NCBI GenBank assembly: GCA_009602725.1
Contig: WELB01000031.1
Span: 83,861 to 111,408 of the forward strand
Direction: 5' to 3'
Length of the DNA stretch: 27,548 nt
Origin: Spirogloea muscicola
Lineage: Eukaryota
This document shows positions 1 to 10,040 of the stretch, one piece after another; within the stretch, counting starts at the first letter, position 1, and each line of letters begins with the position of its first letter. Position numbers and translations under genes: made by a program. Under the pieces are notes generated by a model. That model saw only the letters and a program-made list of their open reading frames with translations. It had not been told where the DNA came from and ran no database searches.

Positions 1-1464
1 GGTTATTACTTATTCAAGCCCTAAGCGTATGCCCAACATGTGAAGCAGGTCATATTACCAAGCTTTGGTGAGCGCTACCTGTCCTCAGTTCTCTTCCAGT
101 CCATCCGGGAGGAGGCCGAGAATATGAAGCCGGAGGCGTGAGGTCCTTGGTGTAGGCCTGGCCTGGCTGTTGCTAGCCTTAAAGGCTCAAGGGGAGGGGG
201 AAAAAACCACGTGTGTATCAAAGAGATGGGAAGGGAGCGGGGGTGGGGAGGGACGGGATACGATGGGGGTCTCCAAGTGCAGCATATTACACTGGTAGTG
301 CGGCAGATCCTCTTCAGGCAATGGTGTGCAGAGTCTGCATACAGTGTGCAAGTATTAGCTGGTGATCACTGCTGCAAGCATTCGTTCCTTATCAGGTAAC
401 CTCTCTCCAAATAGTACTTGCCTAGACTTCATGCCCTCCCTCTTGCACCCCACCAATTCAAGCCAACTGCCGCAGGGGCTAGACTGTGGCGGAGAAGTTG
501 GGGACTGTGCATGTCCTAGCTGCATAGGAGAACCTCCAATTCCTGAGCCCCACTCGTTGACCTGGGGATTGAATTGGAGCTTAAGGTGCTATAGTCGGGA
601 GGCCTGCATTGTACCAGATCTTTATTGTCCATGACTGTGGGGGATTGTTGCTAAGGTACTTTTGTCTTCTTCTATTCTCATGCATTCAGTTGTCATGATC
701 TGCATGAAGCCACTTGCGGCTGAATGGTCGGGACTTCAAGCGCAGATATTACTGACCAGAAGTGTTTATGAACTCCATTGAGCTTGGGATGATTCGACAG
801 ACCAATATCACTGGTTCTTGAACAACGCTGCCCTAAGGCCTCACGGCTTGCTAGGATGCTCAGAATCGATAAGATTGTCCAGTATAGTGCTTTGGCACAA
901 GGAAGGCCTGCAATTCTAGGGATAGGGCCATTGACAGTGAGCTTGCCTTGAGCTGGCTTACATGTTACATATGCAATGTTGCGGCTCTAACATCATTGAA
1001 GAGAGCCACTTGGGAATCATGTGTCAATGGGCTGCTTAAGTATTGATTTCAAAAAGTGAATCCCATAAAAAGCAGTGGCTATGAGAAGTCAGCCAGAGGT
1101 GGTGATATCGCCATCCCTTTCAAGAAAGTTAAGAGTGCAATTTGCATGGCAGCATTGGGCAAGTCCAGAGCAATCTTGTGCCTTTTTCTGAACTGGCCGA
1201 TCGTGGCCAGTGGCCACTCCCTGCACCTCGTGCATTGTGAGACCGCTCCCTACAACCTCCGGAATGAAGTCCACAACTTGGCTGAACGGTGGCTCGTGCG
1301 GCTTGTCCTCACAGCGTCCTCCTGTTGTATGAAAGAGCGTCACCTCTTTCTGTAGGAGCCGTCCATGTCCCGACCCTCCATTGTTGCAAAGAGCATCAGG
1401 CCCACCCCAGTCGTTGCCCTATGAAGCGGCCAGCCACTCGGAGGGCTCAAAATCAAGTCAGTAC

Positions 1465-1672
1465 CTTGGTCTATACAGCCATCGCCCTCTACTGGCACGC
1501 GCTGGTCGCGTTATGGCTGCTGCCTCAGGGTCTCGGCGAAGTGCCGCTTTTCCTGCCTCGAGTCATTCTGATTTGCTGTTGCTCACACCCGGATGCTGAG
1601 CATAGGATATTGTCCATTCTTTTTGGGCTGGCTTTGCCAGCCGCTCTTCTCTAAGGGCGAGTACTTTCTTCT
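1465..1672 (+). mobile_element. CRE-like retrotransposon 3'-end stubs (subfamily B stub followed by subfamily A 3' end)
   Basis: Encodes ARAGRVMAAASGSRRSAAFPASSHSDLLLLTPGC-stop, which matches the element C-terminus at 23564-23700. It is followed by ttgtccattctttttgggctggctttgccagccgctcttctctaagggcgagtactttcttc. Confidence 0.85.
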
Positions 1673-1689
1673 ACTGCAAAAGTCTCTCT

Positions 1690-2208
1690 TTCTGTACCTC
1701 TGGGCTGCCAGACACCGGCCGAGGGCCTCACTCTCGTCGGCGGCCCCCTAGGTGCACCTGCCTTTGTGACGGAGCAGCTGCAGGTGCTGCTGCAGGAGCA
1801 CCTCCGGCCGGCGGACCGCCTCCACACGCTGCAAGACTTGCAGCCAGCGACCGCTGTGCTAACACGTTGCATCGCACAGGGGCCACACTACCTGGCCCGC
1901 ACCGTCCCTCCCTCACCGGCGGTGAAGGCAGTGTACGCGGCATTCGCCTCGGCATCTTGGCGTCCGCAGCCACCCTCGTGCAGCACCCCGCGTTCCTCAC
2001 CACACCAGCTGCGAAGCTGCAGCCCAGCCAACCAGTCGTGGCGGCTTGGGATGCCGCTCAGTTGCCCGCGTCTGTGAGGCGGCCTTCATGGGAAGCTGGG
2101 CTCAGGTTGCAGCCCCCATGTGTCAGAGGTTCCTCGTTCAAGGCCAGCGCGCCCTGGAGCGGGCGGCAGCTGAAGTGGAGATCGGCCAGATGCCCTTCCA
2201 GGTTGCTC
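1690..2208 (+). mobile_element. Internal fragment of a CRE-like retrotransposon ORF (post-RT thumb region), degenerate
   Basis: Reads GCQTPAEGLTLVGGPLGAPAFVTEQLQ...LTRCIAQGPHYLART...GCRSVARVCEAAFMGSWAQVAAP across frameshifts. Paralogous to 3705-4220 and to 24850-25290 (minus strand). Confidence 0.85.
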
Positions 2209-2209
2209 C

Positions 2210-5200
2210 GCAGGCGCGTTGCGCAGCACCTGCCGGCGCTCGCCGTAGCGGCCGCGGGAGGACTGTCCCACCGGGCCCAGCACAACCGTGCCGTCTCACT
2301 GGCAGTGGGCCGTGGACCTTGACCTGGCCGCGGTCCTCAGGCAGGCGGCGCTCCCCCTCGGCCGCCACGTTCCTCGCTGGGCACGCCCACACATCCGCCG
2401 CGCCCTCCGGCCCGTCCTGCTCCACATCGCTGCGGACCACCGCGACCAAGCTGCGTGGACGGTCTTCATCCTCTTCCCTCGCCTGCTCTTGGGCCGGGTG
2501 CCGCTTGAGGGCCGCAGCCAGGGCCGCCAGCCCCTTCTGGACTGCATCCACCTCGTCGAGCACGGGCGATGAGAGGAGCTCCTGGCGCAACACGACGCTG
2601 CAGTGGCAGCAGCCGCCGCCAGCCGCCACGCCTGGCGTGGGGAGTCGTCGTCCAACAGGGCAACCGCCATCCGACGTGCTCTTCGCTTTGGACACGCCAG
2701 CGAGCTCCCACGGGCTGTGCAAGCACTGGAGGACTCTTCGCTGGCTCCACCGACCTCGACCACCAGACATGCCCTGGACGCTCTCCATCCCAAAGCCCGT
2801 GCCCCCTCCACCCCTTGGCTGCCTTCCTTCGAGCCGCCTGAGGCAGTGACCCTCGACGCCCCAACCCTCCGTCAGGTACTCCAGAGCAGCCACAGAGCAG
2901 CAGCAGGCGGCCCCTCTGGCATGCTCACGGAGCACCTCCGTGAGCTCTTCCTGGAGGGCGAGGCCTCCGACTTCCCGGCGCTGCTCCAAGTCTGTCAGCT
3001 CGTGGCCCAGGACAAGGTCCCTGCTGCGTTCGGTGCTCTGCTCCAGCAAACTCCTCGCTATCGCCAAAGCCAATGGCAGAGTCCGCCCATCGCCATCGGC
3101 GAGGTTCTGTACCGGCTGGTGGCCCGCGCGCCGTGGCAGCAACATCTCGGGCAGGCGCAGACCCACCTTGCCCCACATCAATACGGTGCTGGGCTACGCA
3201 GCGGCGAAGAGGCTGTCGTCCACGGCGTCCGCGCGGCCCTGGATCTCCACCCTGACTGGATGGTCCTGGCGGTCGATGTGCAGAATGCTCTCAACAGCGT
3301 CGAGCGCACCGCCATCGCCAAGGAGCTGCAAGCGGCCTTCCCTTCCCTCATTCCCTTCTTCTGCCTTGGCTACGGCCAGCCCAGCGACCTTCTGTGGCGG
3401 ACAAGGAGTGGCGAGGTGGAGACGCTTCAGTCGAGGACGGGCACACGGCAGGGAGATCCTCTGGCAGGATTCTTCTTTGCACTGGCTCACAGCTGCGCTC
3501 TCAAGGCCACTGCGGCGGCGCACCCCGGCGTCCTCCTGCTGTCCTACGCCGACGACACCACACTCGTCGGCAGCACAGGAGATGTGTCAGCAGCCACCGC
3601 CACCTTCCAGCAGCAGCTGGCCGCCCTTCGGCATGTCCATCCGGCCCGAGAAGTGCATTGAACGGTCTCCGCGTGGCCTCCCTTCCCCCTTGCCCCTGCC
3701 GCCTGGGTGCCAGACTCCCCCAAGCGGCCTCACCATCCTAGGGGTCCCATTCGGCACGCCGTAGTTCATCGACGGGCAACTGCGCGTCCGGCTCCAGGAG
3801 CACCTCCAGCTGGTGGCCCGCCTCCCCGAGCTGCAGGACATGCAGCTGGCGCTCGCCATGCTCACCAGATGCATTGTGCAGCGTCCCCACTACCTGGCGC
3901 GGACGACCCCTCCCTGCCCCGAGGTGCTGAAGGCCTACACCACGTTCAACGCGGGTGTCATGGAGGGCGTGGCGGCCCTCATCCGCCACACTGGCTTCCT
4001 CGACTCGCCAGCTGCGATGCTCCAGGCCACTCTGCCCCCTGGCCAGGGCGGCCTCGGCTGCCGCTCGCTCACGCGCGTCTGCAGGCCAGCGTTCCTTGGC
4101 AGTTGGGCTCAGGTTGCCACGTCGGTGGCGCAGCGCTTCCTCCATGATGGGCGGCCCCTGTTGCAGCAGGTTGTGATGGAGGTGGCGACCGGCTCGTTGC
4201 CTTTTCAGGTGGCGCTCCGCTCAGCTCAAGACGGGTTACTTGCGGAGCACCCTACCCTTGCAGAGAGCATGGTCCCGTTTGCCCACCTTGCCCACACCAC
4301 CGACTCGCAAGCGCAGGCCCGCTACATGGCGGCAGTTGACAAGGCGTCCTTTACGGCCACGCTGCAGCTCGTCCCTGCAACCGACGTGCGCGGACATGCT
4401 CGGCTGCTGTCAGCCGCCTCCCCCGGCGCGGCAGCCTGGCTCTCGGCGCTCCCCCTGTACGATGCCCTCTGGATGCTGGATGAGCTGTTCCATACGGCCA
4501 CCCATCGTCTGCTGGGCCTCCCCCCGCCGTGCCTGCTGGGCGTGCTGCAGTTTGAATGTGGGGAGCGCTCGACGGCCCAGGAGCTGGCGGCGCATATCCT
4601 CCGCTGCGCCACTGGAGGCGAACGTACAGCTGCTCACGATCTCCTGCGTGATGCAATGTTTGGCATTTTTCAGGAGGCCGGCTACACGGTGGCGATGGAG
4701 AACTCTTCTGTCATGCCCATCCTCCGGAGGGCCGACGGACGCCATCGCGCTGTGTCGACTTGGTGGCGTCAACGCCGGTCGGCAGCGCGGGCATCATTGC
4801 TGACGTGGTCACCACTGATGTGGTCGACTGCTCCAACCCGGGGCTCTCTGCCTCGCGGGCTGGTCACGCTGCGGCGAAGGCCGCTCGCAGTAAGGCGGCC
4901 AAACACGCCGACCACCCGGTTGCAGATGTGTTCATCCCCCTGGCTGTGGACGTGCACGGGGCTCTCAGGTCCCAGTGGCTCGACCTGCTGGCCAGGCTCG
5001 CACGACGCGCTGTGTCCCGCAGGCGCGGTGAGCCGGTGGACTTCAACGCCGCTGGCTCGTGGGCTCAAGTCTATCGTATGCGATTGTCTGTATCCCTTCA
5101 GCGGTCCATGGCCCACGCTCTGCATCTGCGTGCTGGCCGTGCTCTCGCTGCGGCATCTTGCGTTCGTCAGGGGGATAGTTTTTCGGCAGCTAGTTTGTCG

Positions 5201-5376
5201 GACCTGAGGCTCCTCACTCGTAACTACTGAATGATCCATCCTCCCCCTACTCTGACATAGCATCTTCAGGCCCCTTTGTAGCTGCTACACGCTTGTAGGC
5301 CCCTCCAAACCTTTGTCAATTCTTTTGGGCTGGCTTTTCGCAGCCCTTGCCCCCACTGGAAGTGCCACTTCTTTTG
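2210..5376 (+). mobile_element. CRE-clade non-LTR retrotransposon, 5'-truncated and inactivated: reverse transcriptase + CCHC knuckle + restriction-like endonuclease + 3' UTR
   Basis: RT motifs: PIAIGEVLYRL, HQYGAG, EAVVHGVR, DVQNALNS, GTRQGDPLA, YADD (3545-3556), LGVPFG, QATLPPGQGGLG. Knuckle region: ECG..AHILRC..GGERTAAHD. RLE region: DLV..IIADV..SKAAKH..PLAVDVHG..RLSVSLQRSMA. Stop at 5230. Lesions: TGA at 2570, TAG at 3762, frameshifts near 3040-3090, ~3625 and ~4750. The 3' UTR ends in the shared hairpin (5311-5376). Confidence 0.92.
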
Positions 5377-5670
5377 CATGCGCCTGGCAGTAGTGCTTCA
5401 ACGCTCCCTTGCCCACGCCGTCCACACCCAAGCAGGCCGTGCTATGGCCGCCGCCTCTGGGTCTCGGCGGAGTGCCTCGTTCCCTGCAGCAAGCTATCCC
5501 GACCTGATGTTGCTCACTAGCGGGTACTGAGATTTCCTTTTCGTCGTGTTTATTGGCCGTGGTTTGCAGTGTAGTCCCTTCTCGGCACCTCTTTCTTTGG
5601 CTTTGGACATTGTCCATTCTTTTTGGGCTGGCTTTGCCAGCTCCTCTTCTCTATGGGCGAGCACTTTCTT
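5377..5670 (+). mobile_element. 3'-end stub of a second CRE-like subfamily, head-to-tail behind the long copy
   Basis: Encodes MRLAVVLQRSLAHAVHTQAGRAMAAASGSRRSASFPAASYPDLMLLTSGY-stop, followed by a UTR and the terminal hairpin (5607-5670). Close relative of 27008-27258 (minus strand). Confidence 0.88.
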
Positions 5671-5932
5671 GCCCGCCTTTGGCAGAGCCACTTTCCTTCT
5701 CCCAGCCATTGCCTTACATTGGAAGAAGTGTTTCCGTATCTGGGGCGTGGAAATGGCCCCCAACCCTCCTGGGGGCGATGAATCTACCATTCTGTGGTAT
5801 GTGTGGAATGAGAAGATCCGCGGCAGCCCGGACCCCACTGTACCTCTAGTGTGGAAGGAATACATCTGCCATACTGCGGAGTCTTTCCGTGACTAGCACT
5901 CCAGCCAGACCCACGCAAGACCCTTCTCTCGN

Positions 5933-5974
5933 GCCGCCGCCGCCGCCGCCACTGCCGCCGCCGCCGCCGCCGCC
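5933..5974. repeat. (GCC)n microsatellite; similar tracts at 11943-11966, 12100-12118, 12336-12376, 17512-17550 and 17706-17736
   Basis: Trinucleotide runs seen directly. They cluster at gene 5' ends and gap edges. Confidence 0.9.
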
Positions 5975-6361
5975 AACTCCGGCCAGTCCGCGGGGCACAG
6001 CGACGCCCGGCCTCGTGCCGTCTTGTCCGCGCCCGCCCTCCTCGTCTCCAGCTTCTTCAGCGCTCGCTCTCTCACGCGCCCCCTCTCCCCGCCTCCCTCG
6101 GCCCCTCCTCACTCTCTCCTTTGTGACTACCTCTTCATCGCTTTACCTTCGTCTCCTCCTCTCCCTATCTCCCCCTACATTTTCCTTTCTCTCGCTCTCT
6201 CTTCTCGTTGCTCCTTTCCCTTTCCTCGGTGGTGCATCCACAATACGCCTCCTGTTCTACCTCAGAGCGCACTCGCTCGCGCACTCCTTCATACGCCGAG
6301 GATCACCTCAAGACCTCCTCACTGTCTCCTTGGTGCGGCTGAGCGGCACCACCGAGCCATC

Positions 6362-9300
6362 ATGGGCGACCCTCTGTGCTCCGTTTACGTTGGGGGCATC
6401 GCCCCTGGCGCACAGCAAGAGGTGGAGACCCTACCCTTCCATTGAGCCTCCGCCGTCACCGCGTGTATGTCCTGCTGCCAGATTGTGTTGTCGCTTCATC
6501 GATGCAAGAGATGTCAATGACACTGCCGACTCGGACCTTGGCTGCCATTGTGGCACTTGCAGGACCTTGAAGACGCTTTCAAGGCTTACGGCCACATATC
6601 GTCGGTCAAGGTTGTCCACGCTTCTCGCCGCACACTCACCTATCTTATGCCATCACTGCAGCCCTTACTCAGCTCAGCCAGCTGTGTCGCCAATCGCACT
6701 GGCTGGGTGCTCGTCAGAAAGTTGTCCTCAGGGGCACCATCACATGCAAGGGGTCCAGAGCAACAGCAATTAGTCATCCAGGGCCCTGATTCTTCAAAGC
6801 ATCCAATCATTTACTGCCACCTGCCTGCCTCGTCGTCTTAAGCACCTCCACAAGCTATCTCTGCCGCAAGGCTGATCCATCAGAGAAGCCAGGCAGCAAC
6901 TTCATTCACCTTCTTGGCATCACTTTTACGGTTGCTGCTTTTGGTAATTTCACGAGGAAGCTCATCATCCGGGTCATGCCAAGCTGGCTTCCGTACATCA
7001 TTCTATCTTGACAAGTCAATATCAGTCGCGTTATCTTTACGGTCCAATATCTATTTGAGGCCATCATTATGTATAAACAGTTGCCTTGCTACAGCCGCAA
7101 GGTAATGTTTGGGGCGCAACTGGTTGGACTGCCCCCCTGACCTTCTGCTTAGTCGAGTCGGTGCTTCTTTGAGTGCTACTCTGTAGGCCTCTGGAAGACT
7201 CTGGCTGAAAGGAGCCTCTGCCTTGATCACAAGGCCTATCTGCCTTGAAGACAAGGTGTCAGCTCGCCAGGTGCCTGTTGGTGCACCGAATAGGCATCAA
7301 AACGTAAGCTAACACCAGTTTCTGGGAAGAGCTCTTGCAGATGGTGCGTGATCGAGAGTCAGGCGCTTTTCGGGGATATGGTTTCATCAACTATGACAGC
7401 CGTGACGCTGCTGAAACTGCTATACGCAAGATGGACGGCCAGGTGACTGCAAGCTGTCTTGCTTGGAGGACTGCCTTTTGCAGATGTGTCAGCTTTGGGA
7501 AGCTTGCAGTCAAGCATGTGACACATCGCTCATTCCACGAGGACGATCTGGCATGCAGATCCTCCTTGGCAAGCCACTCCGCGTCAATGTCCCTAGAGCG
7601 TCGAATTCAGGCCCAGGAGGACGTGACGATGGTCGAGGAGGAGGGTAAGTCTCAGCTGAATGCATCGATGGACGACCCTTTGGATGCCTGGCCTTGTCTT
7701 TATATTAACTCTCCAGGCTCACCTAAGACATGCACCGCTTAAATGCATCTTTGCTGCTAGGGTACTTGACCAGTGGGGCGAATTGGAGACGCTCTTTGCT
7801 CACTTCCTATCACTGTTGCAGCTATGGCGGCCGGGGCTTTGGTCCACGTGACGTAAGACCTCCGTTGCGTCGGGCCTACTCACCACCAGTGCGCCGGCGT
7901 CGCAGCCGCTCCCCTTTCCGAGGTACTTCGTTTGTCCAGGCTCTGTTGGGCTTGGGGCTGAAGATGCGCGCTGCCACTGGGATGCCCCTGCCATGTCGCT
8001 ACGAACACACGAGCAAGGAGGTTGAGTCAGATTTTCTGAAGGTGTTCTGGTCACTGGTAACAGGTGGACTGCATGCATGCTTGATGTGCCAGGTGGCAGT
8101 CCCATGCGGAACTCGGGCCCTGATGATGACTATGTGCCACGGAGGCCGCCGTCGCGGTCTCGCTCTCCTCCGCCAAGTGCTGACGGGTCTGTGTACCTGC
8201 CCTGCTTAACGCCATCCCTGGCCTTGATAGTACTGTCTTCCTGCCAGCAACTCTTGCAACTTCTCTCTGCCTCTTCATTGTGGAGTCTATTGTCAAAGAG
8301 CTCATGTTGCTTTTGGTTTGCCCGAGGCAGTGACAGGCACCGTGGGCGAGATCATCATAGAGGATCTTTCCGAACTCATGGCCAGGTATTTACCTCTTAG
8401 GATCAGATGCTGAAATTGCAGGGTATTCTCTGCACCAAGCTGGATGCTCATTCTACGGCCTCCATGTTTTAACACACATTTATACACACTAATCATGTAT
8501 GTATGTTTCATACATATGAAACAATGAATTATTTAGGTCAGCAGATTTTGTTGGTGGCATGTAGAACTAGGGGACAGGGAATGTGCGCTCAGCTCTGGAA
8601 CAGATTGGCAGCAGAAGTTGACCTTCTCGAGCTGGTGGTGCACAGAATCACGGGACAGGGGACCTGCGCTCAAAATTGGACGGAGATCGGCAGCAGAAAG
8701 TGGACCTTATCGAGAAGGTCAGTGGCTTGGCTTTGGCTGGAGAGATGTTGTGCTCTTGTGTGTAGAAGCTCAATTGAAGCATGACTACAGACCAGGACGT
8801 GCTTTCATGCTCTGCCTGCTGAGTATCTTCCGGTGATTGTTACCAGTTGGAGGAATTAGAGGACCAGGCTCGCCAAGATTCCCAGACAGAGCAGGCTTTG
8901 CGTGAAGATTTGGAGGTATGAAAGCCGCAATCTTGACAACTGCTTGAAGGGCGGGCTTGGACTGCTCTGCAGCCAGGGTGACCTGCACGCTTGTTCACAA
9001 CTTTCTGTTTCAAACGTATTGCTCATGGGAGTCAACACTCCCTGGTTGATGTTCTCGCCCACAGAGGCTGGAGTCAAAGCTGGCAAGTGTTGAAGCAGCC
9101 CGAGAGCGGCAGGTGGAGCTTCTCGGACAGGTTCGACCAACATGCTCTAAGCTGCTGAAGACATACCTGTAGCTGAGAGCCTTCATGAGAGTCCTTACGA
9201 GGTTGTGCATTCAGCTCATAAGTTGCTACTGTCATTTGAGGTGCTGAGGCTGGGACTTTATCTGGCTTCCACAGTTGCAGGGAGCCCTGCTGCAGATACA

Positions 9301-9656
9301 AGAGGGCAAGAAGCATGTTGATAAGCTGGAGGCGCAGGTGAAGGAAGCGCGGGAGGAACTGTATGGCTTGGAGTCCAACCTTCAGGTCAGATCCTAAAAG
9401 TTTGTTGCCAATAGATTGGGCACTGTGGGAGTGAGTAGATATGTGTTGAGGCATTTTCATTAGGGTTGCCAGTCATTGCTCGGTCTGTCATCCAGTCAAG
9501 ATCTCTATCTGACGATGATGGCAATCTCTGCCGTCATTTTCAATAAAAATCTCAATGCAACAATCTGCCTTGCAGGACTTGATCGCCACCGCGAGCGATG
9601 TGGTCGAAGCAGCGGTTGGGGGCTCTCCTCGTGACAATCTTGCAGCGGCAGAGTAG
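6362..9656 (+). CDS. RRM-domain RNA-binding protein with RS/RG-rich region and C-terminal coiled coil (SR-like), about 314 aa
   Basis: Manually spliced GT-AG exons form one open frame: 6362-6421, 6563-6610, 7341-7442, 7559-7644, 7822-7922, 8093-8186, 8331-8385, 8646-8717, 8847-8915, 9065-9130, 9275-9385, 9576-9656. Contains RNP2 VYVGGI, RNP1 RGYGFINY, MDGQILLGKPLRV, RRRRSRSP and RSRSPP, then heptad-like LEELEDQ..LESKLASV..VDKLEAQVKE. Confidence 0.88.
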
Positions 9657-10040
9657 AAATTAGTGGACATTCGAAGTAGAAGAGTCTTATGGTCGTGCTT
9701 CTTGTGTGTGAGAACTTGTTACTCTGCACTGCAGCATTATGATCACCTTGTGGTTCCTGTGCTCTGGGGCACAATCAATGCAATGAGAGAATCGATCCAG
9801 CAGGGCACTTGGAGTCTGCTCTTTATTCAGCTTACAGGAGTGCAATAAATTTTGCGCATACCTATCAAATGCTCTGTTCACCTTGTGACTCTCACATGTC
9901 CTGAAGCCTTCACAGGGTGTGGTGCCAAGTCGTCCGTGAATACATGGAGTACTGAGATTGAGTTGTGACTATGGGAAGGGAGCTGCAGTACACATTGGCA
10001 GATGGGCTCCTGCAAGAGCTGTGGCAAATCGACAACTCTA

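Noticed and set aside
1..1460. Possible coding relic or gene in the first 1.4 kb
   Set aside because: No recognisable motif or consistent exon chain in the frames examined, so it is left unannotated.
2138..3181. 347-aa antisense ORF and other overlapping ORFs in the element
   Set aside because: Shadow ORFs of GC-rich coding DNA with no recognisable motifs.
5620..5660. Rho-independent terminator reading of the GGGCTGGC-TTT-GCCAGC hairpin
   Set aside because: The locus is eukaryotic, and the U-tract lies 5' of the hairpin on the element's sense strand.
1490..5670. LTR pair or Penelope-like terminal repeats flanking the RT
   Set aside because: The flanking repeats are 3' ends of different subfamilies, not identical copies. 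There is no integrase, RNase H, GIY-YIG or TG..CA, and the RT-RLE layout is non-LTR.
5889..6773. 294-aa proline-rich ORF
   Set aside because: It runs through the GCC/CT-rich 5' region and introns of the RRM gene out of frame; low complexity.
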